From Mobula hypostoma (taxonomy: Eukaryota), in the NCBI RefSeq assembly GCF_963921235.1, contig NC_086119.1:30690001-30754000 (forward strand): 64,000 nt of DNA, given 5' to 3'. The position numbers were made by a program, and so were the translations under genes. Below the pieces are notes generated by a model. It did no database searches. It saw nothing but the letters and a program-made list of their open reading frames with translations, and was not told the DNA's origin. Of the stretch, positions 13,656 through 27,723 are shown one piece after another. Positions within the stretch are counted from its first letter, which is position 1. Each line of letters opens with the position of its first letter.

Positions 13656-16279
13656 GGAGAAACTGATTGTCAAAACTACAGGACTCTTGAAACCAGTTTT
13701 AATATGCCTCACCACCGTTTCAGACAGCAAGTCTCAGATCATGGCTACATAAATGTGCTTTATCTCATATCACCTCCATAATTAGACAAGCTGAGGCATC
13801 CAAAAAAACCCCACAAAAGTACAAGTTGTTAGCCAGAAAGAAAAGATGCGTGAACAGTATTGAGGTTATGCTCAACACCTGTAACCTATAAAGTCTGAAA
13901 TTGTTTAAAAATTATCCAAGTAGCTAAGCCACAGAGTTCATTTCCCTACAAAATGAAAGCCCATCAAGTTTTAGCATTCACAAAGGAATCCCATTCCCAT
14001 TATTTTCCATGTAACCTATTCTCCCCATGTTCACATCAATTACCACCAGATTTTACCTTTTACCTTCTCATTACGGGCAATTTAAATAGCCAATTAACCT
14101 ACTTATGCACACATCTGTGACCTGCTAAAAGAAACCAGAGGTCCAGATTGAACCCAAATTACCATGAAAAAAAACACTAAAAGTTTGCTCCTACTTGCAA
14201 TCAAAAAATCCCTGCTTACACAACACAACATGGTGCTGTCATCTTTACTGCTGTAAATGTTTACATTTTCAATTAGTTGGTCACTAAAAGATTTAATAAA
14301 AGGGTGTGAGAGAAAAGTAAATAATGGAGAACTACAATGAATACTAACTTGTATTTGTCCTTGGATAGACAAAACCACATTCCCAGTGAATTTATAAATT
14401 GTGAATAGAGAAGCGCTATAATCATAGAGTTTAATATTTTGTGCAGTTGCCAACATTGTACTTCCAGCTTTAAAGCCAGATTTGATCAAATATCTCTCAG
14501 AACTTAGTCACATCAAATTTAATATATTAAGTACTTCAAATAATGAAAATAAATTTAAAATACTGTAAATATTCAGGTTTGAGAGCATCTGGAGTGAGAA
14601 TATTTCAAAGTCAGGCCAAGTTGGAAATCATAAGCACTTTTAAGTCATAGATAACATCAAGAATGGAGGCTCTGCCTGTGATAAGAGTGAAGATAAGACT
14701 AGTGACAGGAACTGGCAGTCCCAGTTGAGAGGGGGTAAAGGCTTGTCCCTAGATCATCTGCAAGTGGCTTTTAAGTAGGGTGAGGATGACCTGGTCAAAA
14801 TTTATCTCCCTCTTCCTTGTTCCACTGCAGCACCTCCAGATGAAGCTGCCAAAATTGAAAGGGTCTACTAAGGTTTTAATGTCAGTAGTGTACCTAGATC
14901 TTCATTGTCCTGCATTCTCTTGGTTCTCCTTATCCACCAACTTCACCAACTCAAAACATTCAATTTCTAACATTTCCTACTGTTGGTAAAATATCAGACT
15001 TGAACCATCTCCACTGCTACGTGACCTGCCGAGTACTTCCAGCACCTTCATTTTAGTGTACTGTTCTTAAAACTTGTGACTCATCATAGTCCATAGAAAA
15101 ACCAAAAAAATTATAGCTGTTACCACAAGGTCTTTTAACAAAGTGACATTCTATGTTACTATTTTACAAAATATTTTTCCCTGCGAACTTTAAACTGTTT
15201 GGATCAGCTAACATGGACAGGAAAACAACTGGAGAGCCTTTGTCAGTCTTTCATTGTAATATTAGTTTTCATGTAGGAAATTTGAGACATCGCCATAATG
15301 TATGCTAATCTAAACCTAGGCAATTTTGCAGTTGCATCATTGCATATATTTGGAAGAGGAAAAACAGCAAAAAATGCCTCAAAGCTGAATGATGTTAAAA
15401 TTTTCTATCAATAAACCCAAATTAAGAACATCCACTAACAAAACCAAAAGTAATTAAAATGTCCAGATCAAACATCCACTGTCACTCAAAAAATACTTGG
15501 ATGAGGTGTCCGGAAGGAACCTGCACCCTTTTGTTGTAGAGAGGAAAAACATTACAGCAAGTGTATTTTGAAGAACACCATAGCTCATCATGTGGATTAC
15601 TTAAATCAATGTGGTAACATTTTCTTCTTTCAAACATGCTGCAAGACATAATTCATTGAATAAGACCAACCCATACAAAGCCAATTGGAAGATCCAATAA
15701 TCAAAAGTGGACGTAAAACAATGAAAACAAAATCTGTGCAATTCCAAATATATAGTTTAAGAACTTTATTTACCAATAATCAAATCAAACTGAAGCTTAA
15801 TGTGCAGAGTTTAAAATATCAGAACCCGAGTTTGTATTAACCTATAACCACTAAAACCAGGAAAGTGATTTCAGAAACACTGGACTCTTAAATTTATCAG
15901 GTTTAAAAAAAATGCATCTTCAGTATGCCACCTTACATTATGTCAAGACCTTACAAGCTTCCCAAAAAGAAAACTCACTCACCCCCATGCTGTCACAGCC
16001 CCAGCTTTCAGCAAAGAACTGCTCATACACTATTTTTCAAAATTCTTCAAAATAACTGTTCACAATTATAAATTTAATTCAAAATTCTTCTGGCAATACC
16101 TTAACGAACATGCCTACCAACCATCATTCCAATGTTCAATGACCAATAATGGCATTAAAAAAAAACTTATGTCACCCCATAAATGGTCAAAACTTCCAGA
16201 TGCTAACACGGAATATAATATCAACATGCCTATCCTTTGACCAAACTTTTATTCATCCCTTGGCTTGGTCCATATCATT

Positions 16280-16490
16280 ATTTATTTAGATGTATCCTTC
16301 TGGTCCAATGAGCCTGCACTGCCCAATTACACCCATGTGACCAACTAACCTACTAACCCGTGCATCTTTGGAATGTGAGGAGAAACCAAGGTACCTGGAG
16401 GAAACCCACACAGTCACTGGGAGAACATACCAAGTCCTTACAGGGAGCAGCTGGAACTGAACCCAGGTCACTGGTGCTGTAATAAATATT
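16280..16490 (-). mobile_element. V-SINE (HE1-like) copy
   Basis: Reverse complement of a V-domain-like GTGTGGGTTTCCTCCAGGTACCTTGGTTTCTCCTCACATTCCAAAGA. Confidence 0.65.
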
Positions 16491-16714
16491 TCTGACACAC
16501 GACTGTGTCATCGATCTAATATTTATATTCATTACCGTAAAAAGATTTTCTGCCATGCTCACATCACTACTTCCAATATTGAAAAGGATCAAGTGTTTAA
16601 TTTTACAATTACACAAAGGACAATTCACTTCTCACCAAAGGGAAAAAGGGATTGTTGTGAACTGGCATAGACTCAATGACCTAAAGGAATGTGAAATAAG
16701 GACTTAACCATGAT

Positions 16715-16990
16715 CACTGGAGCACAACGATAACGTTGTGGTTAGTGTGATGCTATTACAGCTTAGGGCATCAGGGTTTGGAGTTCAATTCCGGCATCCT
16801 ATATAAGGTTTGCATGTTCTTCCCGAGTGCGTATGGGTTTCCACCAGATGCTCCAGTTTCCTCCCAGTCCAAAGACGCAATGCAGTGGAACGGTTGGTAT
16901 GTTAATTGGTCATTATAAATTATCCAGCTATTTGGGTTAAGTTGGTGGGCTGCTGGGCGGCGTGGCTCCATGCTGTATTTCTAAACAAAA
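16715..16990 (+). mobile_element. V-SINE (HE1-like) copy
   Basis: B-box-like GAGTTCAATTCC and V-domain-like TTTGCATGTTCTTCCCGAGTGCGTATGGGTTTCC...GGTTTCCTCCCA. Confidence 0.7.
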
Positions 16991-18784
16991 AAAATCTCAG
17001 CAGGCTGGAATGGCATGCACCGTGCTGTATTTCTAAATAAAAGAAATCTCTTGATTGCTATACTCATTTTAAAACTATTGGACTAATTTCTGCCAAACTA
17101 GAAAAAGATGGCAGGCAGTTTCTTTCTAAAGAAATATTGGGAAAGCCTATTTCAATCACACAATTCATAATACATGACAGGGAAAACAAGTTGGATAACG
17201 GGATTGTTGTGAACTGGAATAAACTCAATGGCTTAAAGGAATTATGGAATAAAGATGTAACCACAATCAGCAACTCCCACCTCTCAAGTTATCACCCAGT
17301 CAGATGTCATTGCACCTAAGTTTCACTATTTCAATGCACTCTTGGTTGACTTTTCTCTGGACATTTTCCACCAAAATCTAAAAAATTTGTCAGCATTCTA
17401 CCTCAGAACAAGACCCATTTACCCAAACTAGCAAAACCTTCATCACTACAATCTACAACACTATAACCAGTTTGCTGCATTAAACAGACTTTTTTGGTTC
17501 TACTTGGGTTTTCTTGTGAAGACTGTATATAAATTGTTTGATTCACGTTTCTCTTGTGAATTCTCCTTATATGACGCTACAAGTCTGTGATACTGCAAGG
17601 AAGTGTTTCATTGCACCTGTGGATACATATACTTGCACATATGGCAATAAACAATTTTGACCTTGATCTTCGCTGATGGACTGAATTTTAAATTTCCCAT
17701 CAACTTCAAATCCCTGTAACCTTGCACTATTTCTAACCACTGCAATCCTGCGCTCCGAATTCCTGCACACCCCGTTGTTCAGCTGCTCAAGGCATAACCT
17801 CTAACTATATAATGCTCTTTGAAATCTGATCCTTGACTAGGCTTTGGATCACCTGTGATAGTCAGGGTTAACTCGCACTTGCTGCAGTGACCCATTTTGG
17901 GCGGCCTCACAAATTCTGACTATCAGCCTAGATTTCAGTGAATTAAATGTACAATCTAAAAAGCATAACCAAAGAGCCAAGTAACAAAAGTAGTTCAAAT
18001 CCTCAATCATCTCCAAGAATTAATATTCACATCAGCATGTAACAGAAACAATTATAAAAAACTGAAAGAATGGTGAAATAGGTTCAACATTTCTAAAGAT
18101 GAAATGGTGAAAGTAATTAAACAGAACAGCTGAAAGTCTGCCACAATTAGTAGGAAAAAGTGAGGTGGGAGAAGTGGAAAAGGAGCATCCAAGGGCAAGG
18201 CAAAAATACATTTTAAATTTCACATGCACAGACGTAGGCACTGGCTACCTAATGCAAACTCAAGTTCAATGTGTACAAAGAAAAAGAGAAAAAAAAATCA
18301 CAGATTTGGCTCAGAACTGACTGGCCAAATCTCCATAAAATAATACACTTAAGGCTATTTACTATAGCACATTCTTGGGTTAACTGCTCACAAATAGGTG
18401 GAAGAATGCAAGCAACATAGGAAGTGATTCCTAGTTTGATTATGTGGTTTTGCTATGAAGCCTGGCTGCCTAACCTGTTCCCAATGGGACTTGACAGTTT
18501 GTATTACTTTCTGCATCAAAAAGGTTCCAAGTTATCATTCAGAGAAATCAGTGGTGTTTTAATTTTCTGCCTCAGCGGACCACAGAGAGGCAGGCACCAC
18601 AATAAACTGGATTGTACTGATGTAGAAAGTGGAAGGGGTAGAATGGATGTAGGCAATGTGGCCTAAATAGGCACTTTCCAAACAGAATATAGGAATTTAG
18701 TACAGAAATAGGTTATGCATCCCATTCCATTTTTTCCATCAAGTACCAATCTATGCTAATTTCCAACACATCATGTGTAGATTT

Positions 18785-18953
18785 TCTAATCTCCCCCTCC
18801 CTGTTTCAAATCTCTTACTATCTCTTCTTTCAGTTAGTCCTGACGAAGGGTCTCGGCCCAAAACGTCAACTGTACCTCTTCCTATAGATGCTGCCTGGCC
18901 TGCTGCGTTCACCAGCAATTTTTATGTGTGTTGCTTGAAATTCCAGTATCTGC
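18785..18953 (+). mobile_element. Short Penelope family A terminal fragment
   Basis: Near-identical to the reverse complement of 12030-12200. Confidence 0.8.
18836..18871 (+). ncRNA. Degenerate minimal hammerhead ribozyme (G12>A)
   Basis: AGTC CTGACGA AGGGTCTCGGCCC AAAAC GTC AACT. Confidence 0.65.
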
Positions 18954-21900
18954 GGGGGGGGGGGGGGGCGCTGTCCTTCTATGCCTGCCAATTCAAGTGC
19001 TCATTAAGGTACTTTGTAAATGATGCAGGAATCTGTTCCTCCACCACTCCCTCAGGCAGTACACTCCCAATTCCACCCATTCTCTTTCTCTCATCCATTC
19101 TAAAACTCCTACACAGCCACCCCAAATCATGCCTTCCAATTTCAGGTAGGTCTCCTGTGGGGGGAAAGTTATTTGCCAGCCATACTATACACGTCCCTCA
19201 ATCTTTAACATCTCACTTATACCCCTTTACAGCCTCATCCACTAAGGAAAACAAACCCCAGCTTATCCAGTCTCCCCTCTGAATTAAACACTCCATCCTG
19301 GTAAATTCTTCCACATATTCTCTAGTATAATTATGTCCTCCCTACATATAGTAACCAGATCTGTACTCAAGACGCAGTCCAACCAACATTTTATGAAGTT
19401 GTATCAAAATCTCCTTAGCCTTGTATTTTATTCTTTGGATAATGAAGGCAATTATCCTGTATGCCTCGGTAACCAAGACACCTGTTCTGCTACCTTCAAG
19501 AAGCCTTGGACTTGTACACCAAGGTCTTTAACTTTCAATATGCATGTTGTCCCAAATGGCTCGACTCACAAACACTGAACACCAAATGATTACCATCCTT
19601 TAATTAATCAACAAGTGCACAGCATGCAATTATATACCTATTTACATCAATTTGCCCAGGTTTACAAATATGAATGATTTCATGGAATTGTGAATTTAAA
19701 TGTAAAATTCTTGTCAAAACAAGCCAATATCACCAAAAATGCATGGCATAGCTTTAGCATTCTCAAAAAAATGAATATTTGCAGATTTCTTAAGCAAATT
19801 CTTCTGCTTAAAATACAAAAGAAGCTTTTCAAAAACTCACATGCAGCTTCCATTGTGATCTTAACATGTTACAATACCATGGTCAGGTCACGCAAACCAA
19901 AATGCCTTTTGATCCCTCAAGTTAGTTCTGCCATTCTTTTACTTCAGCACCACTTGCTTGCATTAACACATGCGCTGTAACTCAGAACCTGGCATCAGAG
20001 GGACTCTAATGATGACAAACTAGAAGATATTCCCCGCTATTGGAGGCAATATTAATGTCCCAAAACACTTAATTTTTTTATATATACAAAATATGTTACA
20101 CAATAGTAACAGTAAATTTTCCAGTGAACCAGGTGAGACTAAAAATAGCACGAGAACCAGATGCCAAGCATTGGGGTATTCTGATTGGCACAGTTCATCA
20201 TCTTTTGCATGTTGGGAGTTCATCTTGTGCGTGGCTTTTCATTGAATATGTTTCTTTGTATGCACTGGGAATGCCCACAAGAAAATGAATCTCTGGGTAG
20301 TATATGGTGACTTACGTAGCTTGATAATTTCAGAGTTTTACTGTATCCCTTAATTTCCTGATCATCCAATAATCTAGTGATATTTACCTAAAATATGCCT
20401 AACAGAGCCTTTAGTCCTCAAGGCAGAGAATTCCATCCAAAAACATTTCTAATTAGTTCAGTCCTGAATGGCCAGCCGCTTAATTTAATAATGTGACACC
20501 ACAATCTCTGACTTCACAACCCAATTTTGTAGTTTTGTAATTTTGTACTTGAAGCCTTGACATATTAATCTTCATTTAACATTCCTAGGATGTTAATCTG
20601 ATTTTGCATAAATTCTCCCATATACAATTTTAAAGCATTTACCCAAAATCATAATAATGTGCTTCATGGTATTCATTAATGGTTGCTTACAGTTTATTTT
20701 CCATGAGTTTAATTACAGGCTATGCTGAGCTGAATATATGACAAAATGAAATGATACAAAGTTTACGTAGAATAACATGACACGAGTAACTTTAGAAACA
20801 GGTGTATTAGGATTTGGTGACTTGGAGAAATGGGTTTATTGACAGTCGTCAAGAAAAAAATCCCTTGCATAACCCAGTGACTAACCATATCTTTCCTTAA
20901 ACAATAGACCAAACAGTATCCAATAGTCTAGATGTCCTTTTAGTGGGGTCCTATATAAACTGGAGAAAGACACTGTTATTCTTGTATTAAATTCTTGCAA
21001 CATTAACATATTGTTTGCCTTCCAATTCCTTGCTATACCCTCATGTTAACTTTCAGTAATTCTTGTACAAAGACAAGCAGATTACAATGAATGTTAACAT
21101 CTTATAATCACTCAGCTTTTAAAAAAGCCGAATTTCTATTTTTGGTACCAAAGTGGATGACCTCAGATTTTTTACCACAATGTATCCAAATCAGTTTCAA
21201 CTCAAGAATGATCCATTCCAACACTTTAATCTTACTAAAGTCCTCAATCCACAAAAGTATACCAACTCCAACAGATGCTGTAATTTTGTTTAACAATTGT
21301 GTTACAAGTATACATTTGCCACCTTCCAAACCATGGGAACCATTGGAATTTTGGAATATGACAACCACCTTCTTCAAAACCTTAGGATGCAGTCATTGGA
21401 TTGCGTAGAATTAGCGGCTTTTAGTTCCATTTTCTGTAACTCTAAAGCTCAAATCAACTTTTTGTTTGCTGATATTAATTTCTTAGAGCTCTTCAATCAC
21501 TAAATCTGCAAGAAGTGCACTATTTCCAGTTCGTCAGTATGTCGAACACCATCCCTCCAACATGACATAAACAGTTCTGTCTTTTGTTTTGGATTCCCCA
21601 ATGCCACCCATCCAGCTCTGCAAGGTACCCACACTTGGGTAGTTACAAGCCTTCTCTTTTGATCTATTACTTTCTTTACCTTCTCTTTACTGTCAAAAGA
21701 GACTAACTGCAAGGCACTAAAAATGGTTTGATTCATTTGAACTAGCAAATGGAGATCTACAGGGTCTCAGCTTGAAACGTTGATTTATTATTCCCCTTCA
21801 TAGATGCTGCCTGACTAGCTGAGTTCCTCCAGCATTTTGTGTGCGTTGCTCAGGATTTCCAGCATCTGCAGGATCTCCTCTGTTTATAACTTAACTGAGC

Positions 21901-22689
21901 ATTTTTTTTGGGGGGGGGGGAGAGAGACAGGAGAAAGAGTGCAAAAGCATAAAACAAATGGGAGACATGCCATCAGCAGCAAGCTGGAAAGTGAACCTGT
22001 TCAATATGTAAAAGACAGTTTAATTGTAAAGGCCTACAGTCACTCAGTACCTAAAAGCAAGCATGACAAGCCACTTAAGAAAAGGCAAATTAAAGAGGCA
22101 GCGTTCTTCAAGTGGTAAAGGTCCAGCAATAATAACTGCACGTTGACATTGAAATCTACGGACATTTTGTGATGATTAGGTAGACTATAAGTAGCCACAA
22201 ACGGTGGGTAACAATTTTTTAAAAACCCTACATGCAGCCACCCTAGGCTAACATAGGAAACTACACAAACTGGTGACTGGCTTAATTTTACGTCTTCAAA
22301 AGATATTTTGACAAGTCAACTCTGGACTACACAATAATATTATGAAGAAATATGTAAAAATATTAAAGATTAAATTTTGCAACTAACGCAAATACTCATA
22401 ACGTACCCCTATTCTAAAGAAACGACGAAGTATCTTTGGCTCTAAAAATAATTGAGAAATTTTAAAGTAAGGTATATCATATAAACCAACGTTGAACTTC
22501 GCAACATAAAGCGCCCAAAACATGGCTTGCCAACCGGCCTAAGCAAACTCAAGTTTTATTGCCACGGACACCATTTCATTCCTGCAAGCCGAGTGAGCAA
22601 GGACTTCGGCCTCTCTGCGAAAATTTCACTCCTCCTCATCACCGATAGAGGAGGTATCGAAGAGAGAGGAAAAAAAAACAACTAGTAGG

Positions 22690-23590
22690 CCCGGCTCAAC
22701 AACCAGGGCCTACTGCGAAAGCCCGGGGCCCTGCTGGGGCCTCCTCACCCAGGCACGGGTGGTAAACGACGGCCCTCCTTCGCGCGGCGTCGCCCTTATT
22801 TCACCCACCGTCAACGTGTCGTCGATGTAGAGCGGGATCTGCCTCTTCTCGAAGGGGAACTCTTCCTCGCCTTCCCTGCAGACGGCCACCAGGCGCGCCA
22901 TGTCGACAGCCGAAGGGGAGAGGAGGGCCGGGCCGAGTTCGACAGAGAGAGGAGGGACAGGAAAGGGAGCGGAGCCTTGACACCACCAACCGCCGCTACC
23001 TGGCGGGCCGACGGCAAGACGGGTACGAGAGGCGGCTGCTGTCTGCGGGCACAGCAGCGACAAGCCGGAGCTAAGAGGGCACGGAGGGGAGGGGAGCTCG
23101 GGCCGAGAGGCGAGAGGCCGGGGCGGGATCTGAGCGGACCAGGCGCAGCCTCGCTCTGGCAGCGCCGCTCTCCACCAAAATATTCGAATAAAAATGGAGC
23201 GCGTCAGAGCCGCAGCACCGCCGGCGCCGCCGTCCGCCCCGGCAAAGAGTCCCAGACAACCGGCTCCAGCCTCCACGTTCCCAGCGCGACCCGCGGCTCC
23301 CCTTCCCCGCCCTCATCTCGCCGCTTGGCCCAGCCGGATTTCTGAAAGGAAAGTTGGATTTCAGCCGCCGTTTCAGTCTTTTTCCTAGCAGGTACGGGAT
23401 ACGTGGCGACAGATTAAACAGCGACCTTTCGCCTCCCTCCACCCCCGCCCCATCTGGAGACGTTGGTGAAAGTAGTCCCGCGGCCGACGACGCGTGACCG
23501 CGGAGGGCAGTGCGGGAGCGCGCGCCCGGCGCGGTATTCGGGCGCTCATTCAAATTGTGCCAAGCAAGGGAGCGGTGTCAGGGGTAGCGT
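22690..23590. promoter_or_regulatory. CpG island / GGNBP2 promoter and 5' UTR region
   Basis: Abrupt GC- and CpG-rich segment in AT-rich DNA around the GGNBP2 start. Contains GC boxes (GGGGCGGG, CCGCCCC), a YY1-like AAAATGGAG at 23191 and a partial ZNF143/THAP11-like GGGACTAC on the - strand near 23470. Confidence 0.85.
22809..22901 (-). CDS. GGNBP2: Gametogenetin-binding protein 2, first coding exon (MARLVAVCREGEEEFPFEKRQIPLYIDDTLT)
   Basis: 31 codons nearly identical to the recalled human GGNBP2 N-terminus. ATG at 22901 in gacATGG context; donor ACG|GTGGGT; lies inside a CpG island. Confidence 0.96.
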
Positions 23591-25129
23591 CTTGGGTGTT
23601 TTTTTATTTATTGTAGACTTTGTTGATCTGTGACTAATCGAATAGAATCAGCGAACTGGCCGGAGATAATAATGCATAACTGGGAATTTTTTCCAGTAAA
23701 TTGCAGCTGGTGAATTATTTTTGAAAATAGGAAATTTCTACAACACAATCCCCTTGCAGGCAGTATTGTGGTAATGGTAATAAGCTTGACAAGTATATTG
23801 TATGGTCACTTACTCCTTTTTTTCTCTATAGATGCTGCATTGCCTGCAGAGTATTCAAAGAAACCCAGTTTATTGTCATATGCACAAGGAGACTTAGGTA
23901 TCACAAGTACACGACATTAGATGCGAATTGCTCACATCGAAAACATAAATTATACGAGGAAGAATCAGATTTATTATCACTGATTTATATGACATGAGAT
24001 TTGTGGTTTTACAGCAACAGGTATAATTGGAACAAAACAAAGTCTGTGATAGGCCATGGTGGTGTTGTACTGAGATAGTGATTAAAGTTCTGCAAGTTTG
24101 GTCAGGAACTGAATGGTTGAAGGGAGGCAAATGTTCTTGAACCTGGTGATCTTGGACTTCAGGTGTCTGTACCTCCTGCCCGGTTGGTACCTGCAAGATG
24201 ATGGCATAGCCAGGAGAGACAGCACTTAATGTAGATACTACTGATGTGCAAGGATGTATTGAACTGAGTCCACTACAGTTTAGAATTACAATTCTGCATA
24301 TTCAGCATCGCCATACCAGACCACATTGCAACCATGTACATGCAGAAAAGTATGACATTTACTTTTCAGTACAAGGGAAACCTTCAATATTTTAAATGAA
24401 GTAATTTTTCTGTAAAATCGTGTACAAGAAAAGAATGAGCAGTATGCTCTGCTCCCCAGTCTCAGTTAGAATTACACTTTGCAGCCACAGCCATTGAATG
24501 GAATGAATTGATGTTTTTCCCCAGAGGAGTTTAAAATAGAAACAAAGAGGTAAAGTACTGAAAGGAGAGACTTTACACAAAAAGAGGATCCAGGGTTTTG
24601 GACTGGAAAGAATTTGATATTATGTGTTAAATGAATTGTGCATGGCTTAGTTTTCAGTAACAAGGGCACGAGGAAATATAATGGTAATGTCAAACAAGAT
24701 GGAAAGCCACTTGTGTGTGGTTGATACTAGAATAGCCAGATTCCCTGACTTTGCTATGGAGGGAGCACAAAAAAAGATAAAATATATTAAAAAGTCAACA
24801 ATTTTATTTCTTTCTACCTTCTGAACAAGTTTATATTTATTGTACTAATATAATACTAAACTTTGGGGTAGCCCTGTATTTGAAGTGGGCATGTGGTGAT
24901 ATTACACCTCCAGACTGTCAACTGTTGCAGGATTTCCAAGTATGCACATCTGCAAGTTGTTTTTTTCAGGAATTCAGTTTATAATTCTGAAGAGTGCTCC
25001 CGCTGATATTGAACACAACATAGACTTGCTAAAGACCTACTAAAACCAATTTTTTTAAAAATCCATTGGCGATTAATTTTAAAAAGTTGCCATGTTTCAA
25101 GTTTTATTGAAGTTTTGTAGTTTAAGAGC

Positions 25130-26220
25130 ATTTTACATAGGAACCAATCAGCCCACCTCATCTGCTGTGCCATTCAATCATGGCTGATTTATTATTCCCC
25201 TTGACCCCATTCTCCTGGCTTCTCCCTGTAACCTTTGACACCCTGACTGATCAAGCACCTGTCAATTTCTGCTTTTAAGATTACTCAGTGACTTAGTCTC
25301 CACAGCTGTCCATGATAATGATTCACCACCCTTTGGCTAAAGAAATTCCTCCTCATCGCCCTATTCTGAGACTGTGCCGTATGGTCCTAAACTTATCCCC
25401 TATAGGAAGCATTCTCCCCACATCCAGTCAATATTCAATAGTTTCAATGAAATCTCCCCTCATTCTTCTAAACTCCAGTGAGTACAGGCCCAGAGCCATC
25501 AAACACTCCTCAAAGGTTAACACTTTCATTCCCGGAATCATTCTCACGAACCTCCTCTGGACCCTCTCTTATGCCAGCACTTCTTTTCTTAGATAAGGAG
25601 CTCAAAACTGCTCACAGTACTCCAAGTACCATCTGACAAATGCCTTATAAAGCCTCAGCATTACATTCTGGCTTTAATATTTTAGTCCTTTCAAATGAAC
25701 GCTAACATTGCATTTGCCTTCCTTACCGCCAACTTAACCTGCAAGTTAATCTTTAGGGAATCCTGCACAAGGACTCTCAAGATTCCCTACACTATATTCC
25801 ATCTGCCACTTCTAGGCCCATTCTGCCACTCTGTCTAAGCCCTTCTGCAGAGTCCCTGCTTCCTCAACACTAACTGCCCCTCCACTGACAGTATCTTTGT
25901 GTTATTTGCATTCTTGGCCACGAGGTCATCAATTCCATCATCCAAATCATTGACATAGGGCATGAAAAGAAGTGTTCCCAATACCTCCACTGTAGAACAC
26001 CACTTGTCACTGGCAGCCAACCAGAATAGATCCCCTTTATACCCACATTTTGCCTCCTGCCAGTCAGCTAATCATCTATCCATAGTAGTATCTTTCCTGT
26101 AATACAATGGCTCTTATCTTGTTAAGCAGCCTCATGTGTGGCACATTGACAAAGTCCTTCTGAAAGTCCAAATAAACAAAATCCACTGACTCTCCTTTGT
26201 CTACCCTGCCTGTTATTTTC
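25130..26220 (-). mobile_element. CR1 LINE fragment
   Basis: RT remnant LF.PYVNDLDDGI...NNTK and CR1-type 3' UTR. Confidence 0.7.
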
Positions 26221-27453
26221 TCAATGTCCTAAATTTTTGTATGTCTTTAAAATATTAAAGCTGCAACTGTTCTGGTGGTGAGAGGGGGTTTGTCAGTTAA
26301 TACGCTGATTCTTTTCAGATTTTATGGACATCATCTTGATTACACCACAAGACATTATATTTACAACTACACTTCAATAGTGAAACTCATAATGAAAAAT
26401 GCTCTCAATAGTTTGTTCAAATTGATTCAGAGAGATGCTGAGAATGAGTATGTAATTTATTAAGTAAATTTAGAGGCATATCTTATTGGCTTTTGCTCTT
26501 GTTGACCTCAAAGTCTAGCAAATGATAATTAAAAGATTGCAGTGTCAAAACTGCAAAAATCAGCAGTGTCAGAGTCAGAGAATCTAGAATATTTCCATTA
26601 CTGTTTTGTTGAACATAATACATAAAGGTGGGAGTACGTTTTATAGCCATAAAGTTTACTCTGCCATTCAATCAGATCATGGCTGAAAATGTCTCTTGGA
26701 TCTACTTGTCCATCCAACCATCATCTCTCTCAATCCATTTTGTGGTCTAACTTACCAACCTTAGCCTCAATGATTCTCAATACACTTGATTACTTCTTCT
26801 TTCATATTAATATCAGTTGAAAATTTAGTTAGAAGTAAAAACAAATGTACACCATCCAAGTCAACTATACAAACAGTGAACATCCGAGGGCCCATCTAAT
26901 CTATGCGGAGCTATTAATCTGCCTAGACCCATCAACCTGCACCTGGAGCATAGCCCTCCATACCCCTCACATCCATGTACCTATCCAAATTTCTCTTAAA
27001 TTTTGAAATCAAACCTGCATTCATCACTCACACGGGGAGCTCATTCCACACTCTGCCCATCCTGAGTGAAGAAGTTGTCCCTTGTGTCCTTTTTCAACAT
27101 TTCACCTTTCACCCTTAACCCAGGACCTCTAGTTCTAGTCACACCCAACCTCAGTGGAAGAAGCTGCCTTCCATTTATCCTATCTATACCCCTCATCATT
27201 TTGTATACCTTTATCAAATCTCCCCTCAATCGTCTACACTGCAAGGAATAAAGTCCTAACCTATTCAATCTCTCCCTATAACTCAGCTCCTCCAGTCCCA
27301 GCAATGTCCTTGTAAATTTTCTCTGCACTTTTTCAATCTTATTTTCATCTTTCCTGGAGGTAGGTGACCAAAACTAGACAAATATTCCAAGCAACACACA
27401 TCAAAGTTGCTGGTGAACATAGCAGGCCAGGCAGCATCTCTAGGAAGAGGTAC

Positions 27454-27489
27454 AGTCGACGTTTTGGGCCGAGACCCTTCGTCAGGACC
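27454..27489 (-). ncRNA. Degenerate minimal hammerhead ribozyme (G12>A)
   Basis: - strand GGTC CTGACGA AGGGTCTCGGCCC AAAAC GTC GACT. Confidence 0.65.
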
Positions 27490-27687
27490 AACTGAAGGAA
27501 GAGCTAGTAAGAGATTTGAAAGTGAGAGGGGGAGGGGGAGATCCAAAATGATAGGAGAAGACAGGAGGGGGAGGGATGGAGCCAGAGCTGGACAGGTGAT
27601 TGGCAAAAGGGATATGAGAGGACTATCATTTTGGATCTCCCCCTCCCCCTCTCACTTTCAAATCTCTTACTAGCTCTTCCTTCAGTT

Positions 27688-27723
27688 AGTCCTGACGAAG
27701 GGTCTCGGCCCGAAACATCGACT
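27688..27723 (+). ncRNA. Minimal hammerhead ribozyme, core intact, AUC triplet
   Basis: AGTC CTGACGA AGGGTCTCGGCCC GAAAC ATC GACT; helix III palindrome altered to ACAT. Confidence 0.7.

Noticed and set aside
18954-18968. G15 run (also G runs near 12936 and 21909) as a functional G-quadruplex
   Set aside because: Homopolymers in or beside repeats; likely slippage or sequencing uncertainty.
22710-23553. Several 60-188-aa ORFs in the GGNBP2 CpG island
   Set aside because: Stop-poor GC-rich DNA; only the 31-codon GGNBP2 exon has recognisable homology and splice support.
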